A DNA stretch of 62,267 nucleotides, the filler included, from Nitrospirae bacterium CG2_30_53_67 (GTDB lineage Bacteria > CG2-30-53-67), in NCBI GenBank assembly GCA_001873285.1. It is 5 parts of 5 records of this genome, joined end to end, with 100 filler letters (N's around TTAATTAATTAA, not from the genome) between each part and the next. Parts side by side here need not be neighbours in the genome. Positions count along the whole stretch, not along the records: positions 27,389 to 38,973 come from MNYV01000143.1; positions 39,074 to 50,606 come from MNYV01000022.1; 3 more parts are not named here. One strand, given 5' to 3'. A program made the translations under genes and the position numbers. A model generated the notes under the pieces. That model had not been told where the DNA came from, did no database searches, and worked only from the letters and a program-made list of their open reading frames with translations. Shown piece after piece: positions 38,145 to 47,100 of this stretch (position 1 is the first letter of the stretch; each line of letters opens with the position of its first letter).

Positions 38145-38973
38145 CTACGAGCCATCGGCCGAGATGATGAACACGGGATTTTCCGCCTGCATCATGACCT
38201 TTCCCTTGAGGTCGTGCCCCCGGCCGATCTGGACCGAGACCACATCAAGAGAGAGTCCCCGTTTCTTCAGGAACGCCACGGTCTGGTGCAGGGTCTCCAG
38301 GGTCACGGCATTGACCACGATCCTCCCGCCTGGACAAAGCCTCCGGACCGCGTTCCTGAGGATCTCTTCCAGATGCCCGCCGCTTCCGCCGATGAAGACC
38401 CGGTCAGGATCGGCAAGCCCCTTGAGCACGGAAGGGGCCTCACCCCGGACGACTCGGATATTCCCGGACCCGAAGCGCAGAATGTTCCGTTTCAGCATGG
38501 AGATCCGCTTGGCCGACTTCTCCACGGCATAGACCGTAACCCCCCGGGCCAGCCTGGCGGCCTCGATCGAGACCGAACCGGATCCGGCGCCCACGTCCCA
38601 GAGGATATGGCCCGGCCCGATCCTGAGCTTCCCAAGGGTCACGGCCCTGACCTCGGACCGGGTGATCATCCCCTTGTCGTGGGCCAAGACATGATCCGGG
38701 ATCCCGAATCCCTCCTCCCCGGCCCGGTCGTTCAGGATAATCATCACGTTCAGATCGGGAAACCGCTTCCCGGTCAGTGAAGAGAGGTTCCCCTGCCAGA
38801 CCTTCTCATCCGGTCCTCCCAACCGGCTGCAGACATAGACCGTCGTGTCCGGAAGACCGGCTTTCAGCAGGGCCCTCGCGATCCGCGACGGATGGTTCTT
38901 CGGATCCGTGAGCACGGCCACCTTGGTGCGGCTCCTGACCGTATGAATCACCGAGAGGAGATCCCGTCCATGG
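38145..38973 (-). CDS. cbiET: Bifunctional CbiE/CbiT (5' part in gap)
   Basis: CbiE C-terminus (LTDP, RLG..DE) followed by MITRSEVR, WDVGAGSGSVSIE, FIGGSG, NPVF. Confidence 0.9.
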
Positions 38974-39073
38974 NNNNNNNNNNNNNNNNNNNNNNNNNNN
39001 NNNNNNNNNNNNNNNNNTTAATTAATTAANNNNNNNNNNNNNNNNNNNNNNNNNNNNNNNNNNNNNNNNNNNN
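38974..39073. other. Assembly gap spacer
   Basis: N44-TTAATTAATTAA-N44. Confidence 0.98.
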
Positions 39074-39318
39074 AAAGGAAGGGCCCCAGTCTTATCAATT
39101 ATGCTTGGAGATTTACAAATTGCGAATTGGAGACACAAGTATTACTCGCTGGAGATCTTGGTTATATCAGGGATGAGAAGTTAAAGAGACTTAAGAGTGA
39201 TATCGAGGAGGTTGAGCGGATGCTCAAGGCACTGATCAAATCACTGGAAAACAAACACTTGACCCCTTGAACCCTGGAATCCTCGAACCCTTTTTACCCA
39301 CTCGATGGGAGAAGAACC
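39074..39318. mobile_element. GGGTCAAG-repeat element, copy D (carries the four-helix-bundle remnant)
   Basis: Gene runs into CACTTGACCCCTTGAACCCTGGAATCCTCGAACCC...GGGAGAAGAACC. Confidence 0.8.
39087..39270 (+). pseudogene. Four-helix-bundle protein (23S-IVP/TIGR02436-like), internally deleted
   Basis: QSYQLCLEIYK joined out of frame to CELETQVLLAGDLGYI...EEVERMLKALIKSLENKHLTP*; central region absent. Confidence 0.8.
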
Positions 39319-39343
39319 AAAAATATAAAGATCAAAAATCAAA

Positions 39344-40222
39344 ATGATAAAAAATTCAGCAATCAAAACCCTGATTATCGGCGGAAGCGGGGCCTATGAG
39401 ATTCCGGTGGAAAAATTCGGCCGGGAGAAAGAGACCGTAACCTTAAAGACACCTTACGGCCAGGCCTCTCCCATCCGTGTCCTGGAGATAGAGGGAGCCA
39501 AAGTCGGATTCCTCTCGCGTCATGGGGTCACCGGATACCACCTCACCGCGCCGTATATCAACTACCGAGCGAACATTTACGCCGCCAAGGAATTGGGGGC
39601 TGAACGGATCCTGTCATGGTCCGGGCCCGGGGCCATGCATGAGACCTATCACCCCGGAGACCTCGTCCTTCCGGACGATCTCATCGACCTCACACGGCAG
39701 CGCATCTCAACCTTTTTCCAGGGAAAAGGGATCGGTTTCATCCGGCAGAGCCCGGTCTTCTGCCCGGAAATCCATCTCTCGTTTCAAAATGCATTAAAAG
39801 AGCTCGGCCTTCCTTGCCGTCCCAAAGGGACTTACGTCTGTACCGAAGGACCGAGGCTGGAGACGCCGGCTGAGATCCGTTACATGAAGCAGATGGGAGG
39901 AGACTTGGTGGGCATGACCCTGGTCCCGGAGTCATTCCTGGCCCGTGAGCTTGAAATCTGTTACGCCCCGATCTGCTATATCTCCAATTATGCCGAAGGG
40001 GTGCGTCCGCTTCCCTATGAGAAAGGGATCCTCTTCGAGGGGACGCTCCCCGCGAAGGACAGGGAAAAAGTAAAACAGACCCTATCACTCTTTCCGGAAA
40101 TCATCAGGAAAACCCTTGATCACCTGGAGACTCTCAAACACAAATGCCCGTGCAGGGATGCCATGCTTCGTTATAAACTGCGAGGGGATATCCAGGAAGA
40201 CTGGCATACCTGGATCGGGTAG
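39344..40222 (+). CDS. MTAP-family purine nucleoside phosphorylase
   Basis: IIGGSG, TPYG, RHG, NYRANI, EGPRLET.AE, VGMT..PE..LAREL. Confidence 0.92.
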   Translation: MIKNSAIKTLIIGGSGAYEIPVEKFGREKETVTLKTPYGQASPIRVLEIEGAKVGFLSRHGVTGYHLTAPYINYRANIYAAKELGAERILSWSGPGAMHETYHPGDLVLPDDLIDLTRQRISTFFQGKGIGFIRQSPVFCPEIHLSFQNALKELGLPCRPKGTYVCTEGPRLETPAEIRYMKQMGGDLVGMTLVPESFLARELEICYAPICYISNYAEGVRPLPYEKGILFEGTLPAKDREKVKQTLSLFPEIIRKTLDHLETLKHKCPCRDAMLRYKLRGDIQEDWHTWIG

Positions 40223-40838
40223 CCGCTCTGAGATAAAAAATCAAATTTTATATTTTGATTGGTCATTTTGATTTTTTATCTTTGATCTTTGATTCTTATT
40301 TCTGCGTGGTCCAACTTAAACACGAAAGAGAAAATAAATTAAACGCCCCTCATTTTTGGTCGAGGGACCCTGAACCCTGTCCGGAACCCTTGTTCATGAT
40401 GATTCACAACCAGTCACATCACCCTGCCTGAAAATCCCCATGATATTTTATGGGGTTATAAGCAATGTCCACAATAAATGTGAAAAGCCTGTGAAAATCT
40501 GTGTGAAAATCCGGATAGGAAAGGCAGTGGACAAGGGTAAAGAGCAATTTGCCTATATTTTAATCACTAAAAATACTTTTAATTTCAAACTGTTATGTAA
40601 TTACCCCGGTTTTCGGAATGAGATCAGACCCATAAGAGTCAAGGTTCTTTTAAATCCACAGAACCTTTAAAAAGATTCTTTTAGTTCGGATTGTGTGATG
40701 ATCAGACCGGGCAGAGCCATGTTTCTCAAAATAAACAGCAAGCCGGCGCCGCTTCGGCCTGAACAACCGGGGCGATTTTAAAACGCGGACAGCATCGTGT
40801 ATTTTTATAGATTCGTTCTGCTTGAACAGGGAAACAAC

Positions 40839-40867
40839 TTGACACTTATATTTCATAAATATAATAT
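40839..40867 (+). promoter_or_regulatory. Putative sigma70 promoter of clpC
   Basis: TTGACA followed by AT-rich -10 candidates (TATAAT at 40860, TAATAT at 40862). Confidence 0.4.
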
Positions 40868-40906
40868 AGAACTATAACTAACAATAAACTTTGGAGTTTT
40901 TAATTT

Positions 40907-43357
40907 ATGTTTGAACGTTTTACAGACAAAGCGAGAAGGACCATCATCCTTGCCCGTGAAGAGGCGGAGAAACATCAGCATGAGTACCTGGGCACGGAGC
41001 ATATCCTGCTCGGAATTCTTCGAGATGAAGAAGGATTGCATAGTAAGGTCTTGAAAAACCTCGGGATCAATCTCGACCACCTCAGGATCGAGGTTGAGAG
41101 AAACCTGCCCAAGGGAACGGATACGCTGACCTTCGGCGAAATCCCCTTTACGCCAAAGGCCAGGAAGGTCCTGGAACTGGCCGTGGAGGAGGCCCGTCTT
41201 CTCAATCACAATTACGTGGGGACCGAGCATATCCTGCTGGGTCTGGTCCGTGAAGAGGAGGGCATCGCAGGGAACATCCTGCGGAGCATGGGGGCAAGCC
41301 TGTTAGGGGCCAGGCAGCAGACCATCAATCTGCTCCATCAGACCTCTATCCGATCCAAGACCCCAAAACCTAAGAGCAATACCCCTGCCCTCGATGAATT
41401 CGGGCGGGATTTCACCGAGCTTGCCCGCAAAGGGGAACTGGATCCCGTAGTGGGGCGCAACGAAGAGATCGAACGGGTCCTGCAGATTCTGAGCCGCAGA
41501 ACCAAGAATAATCCGGTCCTGATCGGGGAACCGGGTGTGGGCAAGACCGCCATTGTGGAAGGGCTGGCCCAACGAATCGTGAATGGAGATGTCCCTCTGG
41601 GTCTGACCAACCGGAAGGTCATCGCCCTGGATCTCGGCTCTCTGGTCGCAGGAACCAAGTACCGGGGTCAGTTCGAGGAGCGCCTGAAGATCGTCCTCAA
41701 AGAGATCATCTCCTCCAACAATCAGATCATCATCTTTATTGATGAACTTCATACGCTGGTCGGCGCCGGAGCGGCAGAAGGATCGCTCGACGCCTCCAAC
41801 ATGCTTAAACCTGCCCTGGCCCGAGGGGAGATCCAGTGCATCGGAGCGACCACCTATGATGAATACCGGAAATATATTGAAAAAGACGGGGCCTTGGAAC
41901 GTCGGTTCCAGACGATTAATGTCCAGGCCCCTTCGGTTGAAGAGACCGTTCGGATCATCAAGGGGCTCAGGAGCCGGTATGAGGAGCACCACAATGCCGT
42001 GATCACGGATGAGGCCATCGGGGCGGCGGCAAGGCTTTCGGACCGCTACATCACCAACAAGTTCCTGCCGGACAAGGCTATTGATGTCATTGACGAGGCG
42101 GGGTCCAGGTCCAAGCTCCAGAAGTTCACCCTGCCTCCGGAGATCAAGGAGTTAAAAAACAAAATCAAGGAGATCACGGAACAAAAGAACCTGCATATCC
42201 ACCTGCAGGAGTTCGAGAAGGCCGCCCGGTTCCGGGACCAGGAAGATAAGATGAAAGAGGAGTTCAACAAGGCACAACAGACCTGGCGCGAGGAGAGGGA
42301 GACTACGAAATCACAAATCGACGAGGAGGACATCGCCTACATCGTCTCAAAGATGACCGGCGTTCCGCTCTACAAACTCGAGGAGAAAGAGAGCGAGAAG
42401 CTTATCCGCATGGAAGAAACCCTCCACTTGCGGGTGGTCGGGCAGGATGAGGCGATCGCCGCGGTTTCGCGCGCCATCCGGCGTTCACGGGCAGGCCTGA
42501 AAAACAGGAAGAAACCCATCGGCTCTTTCATCTTCCTCGGCCCCACCGGTGTGGGAAAGACCGAACTGGCCCGTGTCCTGGCCGAGTTCCTCTTTGACAG
42601 CGAAGATGCCCTGATCCGGATCGACATGTCGGAATACATGGAGCGGTTCAGCGTATCGGGCCTGACCGGCGCGCCCCCTGGATACGTGGGATATGAAGAG
42701 GGAGGCCAGTTGACTGAAAAGGTCAAGCGCAGGCCCTATTCCGTTATCCTTCTGGACGAGATCGAAAAGGCGCATCCTGACCTCTTCAATATCCTGCTGC
42801 AGGTCCTGGACGACGGCCGCTTGACCGACAACTACGGAAGGACCATTGATTTCAACAATACGGTTCTGATCATGACCTCCAATCTCGGAACACGGCAGAT
42901 CGACAAGGGGGCGCCCCTCGGATTTCAGAAGGAAGGGGACTCCACTTCAGCCGAGAAGATCCGGGAAGAGGTCATGTCTGCCGTCAAAAAGACCTTCAAC
43001 CCTGAATTCCTCAATCGTGTGGACGATGTAATCGTCTTCCATACCTTAACCAAGGATCATATCTCCTCGATCATTGACATCATGATCCGGCAGATGAATG
43101 AAGAGATCCAGGACAAAGGGTTCAAGCTGGTTCTGAGTGATGAGACCAAGGAATTTCTCATGGAGAAGGGTTATCAACCCACGTATGGCGCCCGTCCGCT
43201 CAGGCGGGCCATCCAGAAGTATATATCGGACCCGCTTTCCGATGAAATCCTCAAGGGACATTTCAAGGGAGCCTCGATCATCAGGGTCCATGTTCAGAAT
43301 CAGAAGATCACCTTTGAAGAGGTCTCTGAAAAAAAGCTCAGCGAGGCCAAGGCATAA
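40907..43357 (+). CDS. clpC: ATP-dependent Clp protease ATP-binding subunit ClpC
   Basis: MFERFT, Clp N repeats, [11 protein letters not shown] coil ([11 protein letters not shown]), [16 protein letters not shown]. Confidence 0.95.
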   Translation: MFERFTDKARRTIILAREEAEKHQHEYLGTEHILLGILRDEEGLHSKVLKNLGINLDHLRIEVERNLPKGTDTLTFGEIPFTPKARKVLELAVEEARLLNHNYVGTEHILLGLVREEEGIAGNILRSMGASLLGARQQTINLLHQTSIRSKTPKPKSNTPALDEFGRDFTELARKGELDPVVGRNEEIERVLQILSRRTKNNPVLIGEPGVGKTAIVEGLAQRIVNGDVPLGLTNRKVIALDLGSLVAGTKYRGQFEERLKIVLKEIISSNNQIIIFIDELHTLVGAGAAEGSLDASNMLKPALARGEIQCIGATTYDEYRKYIEKDGALERRFQTINVQAPSVEETVRIIKGLRSRYEEHHNAVITDEAIGAAARLSDRYITNKFLPDKAIDVIDEAGSRSKLQKFTLPPEIKELKNKIKEITEQKNLHIHLQEFEKAARFRDQEDKMKEEFNKAQQTWREERETTKSQIDEEDIAYIVSKMTGVPLYKLEEKESEKLIRMEETLHLRVVGQDEAIAAVSRAIRRSRAGLKNRKKPIGSFIFLGPTGVGKTELARVLAEFLFDSEDALIRIDMSEYMERFSVSGLTGAPPGYVGYEEGGQLTEKVKRRPYSVILLDEIEKAHPDLFNILLQVLDDGRLTDNYGRTIDFNNTVLIMTSNLGTRQIDKGAPLGFQKEGDSTSAEKIREEVMSAVKKTFNPEFLNRVDDVIVFHTLTKDHISSIIDIMIRQMNEEIQDKGFKLVLSDETKEFLMEKGYQPTYGARPLRRAIQKYISDPLSDEILKGHFKGASIIRVHVQNQKITFEEVSEKKLSEAKA

Positions 43358-43379
43358 CCTCGGATACGCATCCATCCTT

Positions 43380-43410
43380 AAGAGAGGGGGGTTCCCCTCT
43401 CTTTTTTTTT
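43380..43410 (+). terminator. Rho-independent terminator after clpC
   Basis: AGAGAGGGG-ggtt-CCCCTCTCT followed by a T tract. Confidence 0.85.
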
Positions 43411-43486
43411 GCCCGCCGACCTTTTCGCCGGCCATGATCAAACCAGAATCCGCCACCAAAATCTGTGAACCACAGAGCACACGGAT

Positions 43487-43516
43487 TTGACATTGAAGTG
43501 AAAAAAAGGATATAGT
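43487..43516 (+). promoter_or_regulatory. Putative sigma70 promoter of the M48 gene
   Basis: TTGACA, 18 nt, TATAGT. Confidence 0.45.
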
Positions 43517-43541
43517 ACAGGCCGCGATCCCGTGGAACGTA

Positions 43542-45161
43542 ATGAATCCTTTTCGTGATCCCATGAAACCCTTGACCATATCCTTTGCCGCCCTGACCTT
43601 TCTCTTCGCGCTCTTTTTGTTCTTCCCGTCCGGCTGCGCCAGGAACCCGGTCACCCGCCACTATGAAGTCACGCTGATGAGTTCCAAAGAGGAGGCCAGG
43701 CTCGGAGAGGAGCAGGATAAGGCGGTCACAAAACTTTACGGCAAATACGAGAACAAGGGCCTTCAGGAATACCTGCAATCCATAGGCTCAAAGCTGGTGA
43801 GCGTTGCCCACACGCGCCCTTTTACCTACCATTTCAACGTCATTGATTCCGGCGAGATCAATGCCTTCGCCCTTCCCGGAGGGTATATCTATGTCACCCG
43901 GGGGATCCTGGCGCAGTGCAATTCCGAGGCGGAACTGGCCGGTGTGGTAGGACATGAGATTGCGCATGTCACCGCCCGGCACCACGCCCAGCAGCAGGTC
44001 CAGGCCATGGGCCTGCAGATCGGATCCCTGATCGCCACCGTCTTCCTGGGGGAAGTGGGGTTCTATCTGCAGCAATATATCGACCTTCTTTTCCAAGGGG
44101 TTTATCAGAGCTTCGGCCGGAGTAAGGAGCTTCAGGCCGATGAGATCGGCCAGGAATATGCCTTTAAGGCCGGCTGGGATCCGAGGGATACCGGCCAATT
44201 TCTCAAGACCCTGAACCGGATCGAGCACGGAAGGGACCGAACGGTGTTTCACGGTTTCTTCGCATCCCATCCGGAGACGGTTGAGCGAATCGAAAAAGCA
44301 GAGATCCGCTCCCGGGATATGATTCAAGGCAGGGAACCGGGAAAACGCGGCCGAAAGGAGTTCCTGAGACTGCTGAATGAAATGCCTTACGGGAACCGTC
44401 CGGAACTTGGAGAATTCGAGAACAACCTCTATCAGAACGCGGAATCCGGGGTTTCCATCCGCTTTCCGGATCACTGGGAGAATTTTTCTTCCGAAGGTAC
44501 GGTGGTTTCAAAGAGACCGGACGAAAGTTATTTCATGCAGCTCATCACCGCCAAACCCAAGGACGAGTCCTCGTCTGAATCAGACCATAGGAGCCATGAT
44601 AGGGGCGACGGTCAGCGGCCTACCCCCAAGCCCAAGGACGATACCTCCCTTGAATCCCTGACCTCAAGAGAGGACTATTTCATCAAATTGCGGGAGATGG
44701 CGGACCGGTTCGAGTCGCAGAGCGGATGGCGCCGATCCTCGGAAGAGCAAATGGTGATTCACGACATTCCGACATTCACCGCCAATTATCAGCTCCAAAG
44801 TTCCCTTGGGCGTTTCTACTCGACCACGGCGCACTTCATGATCATTAAGAAAAACCTGCTCATCCTAATGGCCTTCGCGCCGGTAGATAAGAAAGATCTG
44901 GCCGATTACTATTTTAAACAGGTCTTTGACAGCGTCCGCTTCATGAGCGAACCGGATATAGAGAAGCTCCAACCCAGGCAGGTCGTGATCTATGAGGTCC
45001 GGAAACACGATACCTTTGAGTCGATCTCCGAACATTTTTATGGAACCACGGAAAAGGCGAGAGAAATCGCCGAACTCAACGGCTACCTCTCGAGCCTCTA
45101 CCCGGAATCCGGAGATCTGCTCAAAGTCATTGTTCGGACGAAAAAAGAGGAACATTCGTAA
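43542..45161 (+). CDS. M48-family metalloprotease lipoprotein with C-terminal LysM-like domain
   Basis: Lipobox-like PSGC, NAFALPGG, HEIAH, E..AD, SHP, YEVRKHDTF.SI. Confidence 0.88.
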   Translation: MNPFRDPMKPLTISFAALTFLFALFLFFPSGCARNPVTRHYEVTLMSSKEEARLGEEQDKAVTKLYGKYENKGLQEYLQSIGSKLVSVAHTRPFTYHFNVIDSGEINAFALPGGYIYVTRGILAQCNSEAELAGVVGHEIAHVTARHHAQQQVQAMGLQIGSLIATVFLGEVGFYLQQYIDLLFQGVYQSFGRSKELQADEIGQEYAFKAGWDPRDTGQFLKTLNRIEHGRDRTVFHGFFASHPETVERIEKAEIRSRDMIQGREPGKRGRKEFLRLLNEMPYGNRPELGEFENNLYQNAESGVSIRFPDHWENFSSEGTVVSKRPDESYFMQLITAKPKDESSSESDHRSHDRGDGQRPTPKPKDDTSLESLTSREDYFIKLREMADRFESQSGWRRSSEEQMVIHDIPTFTANYQLQSSLGRFYSTTAHFMIIKKNLLILMAFAPVDKKDLADYYFKQVFDSVRFMSEPDIEKLQPRQVVIYEVRKHDTFESISEHFYGTTEKAREIAELNGYLSSLYPESGDLLKVIVRTKKEEHS

Positions 45162-45438
45162 ATACGGCCGTACTCGAGGGTCGAAGACCCCCGGCAATAA
45201 AATCAGGAAACCCTCTGAAAGATAAGATTTTTATATTCTCGAGCGGTCCCTGCGGTCTGTTGGCGGGCGCTCACTTTTCCGACATTTTCCTTCTCCGCTC
45301 TATTTCATTCAAACTTTTAAAAAAAAACTTAAGTTTCTCCTTCGGGCGGACGATAAAACGCCAGAGAATATCCATTCGGCAATGATCAAAAAGATCCGGC
45401 AGCGGTCCCCAAGGAATGGAGTGACGGCGAAAAACAAA

Positions 45439-45870
45439 ATGGAAGAAATCAGGCCCCTGCTCATCATAGACGACAGTGAAGAGAATCTTTCCGTGCTTGA
45501 ACGGCTGCTCACGCACCTCGGTTATCAGGTGGATCTTTGCAAGGACGGCCTGGAGGCCCTTGACCGGCTCAGCCTCCGGTCTTATGAAATGATCTTCACC
45601 GATGTGAACATGCCCAGGATGAATGGGATCGAATTTCTTCAATCCATTCGTTCCAAGGGGGATTCCACACCCGTGATCATGATCACGGGCTTCCCGTCCA
45701 TCACCCTGGCCGTGGAATCCATGAAAAAAGGGGCCTCGGATTTCATCACCAAACCCTTTCAGGTCGGGCACATCGAACATCTCATCACGCGGACCCTCAA
45801 AGAGAAGTCCCTCAGACAAAAAAACCGTTTCCTTGAAGAGGAACTCAGGGATAAAAAGAAGATTGAATAA
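45439..45870 (+). CDS. Response regulator receiver with coiled-coil tail
   Basis: IIDD, TDVNMP.MNG, MITG, DFITKPF. Confidence 0.85.
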   Translation: MEEIRPLLIIDDSEENLSVLERLLTHLGYQVDLCKDGLEALDRLSLRSYEMIFTDVNMPRMNGIEFLQSIRSKGDSTPVIMITGFPSITLAVESMKKGASDFITKPFQVGHIEHLITRTLKEKSLRQKNRFLEEELRDKKKIE

Positions 45871-45932
45871 TTGTTCTTTGACCGGATCTGATTTTGTGCT
45901 ACACTTTCCCCATTCATGCCCGGAGAAAACCG

Positions 45933-47087
45933 ATGATGCATACCTACGAGAAAGAGCGGCCGGACCTGGCGCCCTATGCGGCCAGGAGCGAGGCATCGAG
46001 AGGAAGACGTTATCCGGAACATTTCAAAGATAACCGGACGGACTTTCAGCGGGACCGGGACCGGATCATCCACTGCGCGGCCTTCCGCCGGCTGGAGTAC
46101 AAGACCCAGGTCTTTGTCAACCACGAAGGAGACTACTACAGAACCCGCCTGACCCATACCCTCGAGGTGTCGCAGATCGCCCGAGGCACGGCACGGGCCA
46201 TGGGCCTGAATGAAGAACTCGCCGAGGCCATCGCCCTGGCACACGACCTGGGGCACACCCCCTTCGGCCATTCCGGCGAGGACCTGTTGAATGAACTGAT
46301 GAAGGACCACGGCGGCTTCGAACACAACCGCCAGAGCCTCAGGATCGTAGAAGAGCTGGAAGAACGCTATCCCAATTTCTCCGGCCTCAACCTCACCTTC
46401 GAGACCCGGGAAGGGATCATCAAGCACACCTCTTTCCATGACCGGCCTGACATCACGGAGATCAAGGACTTCCTTCCAGGGGTGGTCCCCACCCTGGAGG
46501 CCCAGATCATCAACCTGGCCGATGAGATCGCCTACAACAACCATGACATCGACGACGGCCTCACATCGGGCCTGCTCGATCTTTGTGAACTCAGGGAGAC
46601 GGCGCCCATCGTGGACCGGACCTTCCGCCAGATCGAAACCCTATACCCCGGCATTGATGAGACACGCAAGAAATACCAGGCCATCAGCTACCTCATCGGC
46701 TATCTCATCAACGACCTGGTCCATCACACCACGTCCATGCTCAAGGAGCATGACATCCGCACCTTGGACGATCTGCGGGATAAAAATATCCCCGTGGTTT
46801 CCTTCAGCCCGGAGGTCATGCAGGAGAACAGCCGGCTCAAGGAGTTCCTTTCTCAAAACCTCTACACGCACTACCGGGTGGAACGGATGCGGATCAAGGG
46901 GAAGATGGTCCTCTCCGCTCTTTTTAATATCTACCGGGAAAACCCGACGCTTCTGCCCCAGAAATACCAGCGGATGATCGAACAAGCCGGCCGTGAGCGG
47001 GTCATCTGCGACTACATTGCCGGCATGACCGACCGATACGCCCTGGATGAATATAAAAAACTCTTTGAACCTTTTGAACGGACCTGA
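45933..47087 (+). CDS. dgt: Deoxyguanosinetriphosphate triphosphohydrolase
   Basis: RDRDRI, FRRLEYKTQV, RTRLTH, HDLGH.PFGH, DYIAGMTD. Confidence 0.95.
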   Translation: MMHTYEKERPDLAPYAARSEASRGRRYPEHFKDNRTDFQRDRDRIIHCAAFRRLEYKTQVFVNHEGDYYRTRLTHTLEVSQIARGTARAMGLNEELAEAIALAHDLGHTPFGHSGEDLLNELMKDHGGFEHNRQSLRIVEELEERYPNFSGLNLTFETREGIIKHTSFHDRPDITEIKDFLPGVVPTLEAQIINLADEIAYNNHDIDDGLTSGLLDLCELRETAPIVDRTFRQIETLYPGIDETRKKYQAISYLIGYLINDLVHHTTSMLKEHDIRTLDDLRDKNIPVVSFSPEVMQENSRLKEFLSQNLYTHYRVERMRIKGKMVLSALFNIYRENPTLLPQKYQRMIEQAGRERVICDYIAGMTDRYALDEYKKLFEPFERT

Positions 47088-47100
47088 ACAAAGAGACTCC

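Noticed and set aside
39074..39318. Diversity-generating retroelement suggested by the Avd-like fold
   Set aside because: No reverse transcriptase and no TR/VR pair seen in the window
40440..40856. Short ORFs in the MTAP-clpC intergenic region
   Set aside because: AT-rich, atypical composition, no motifs
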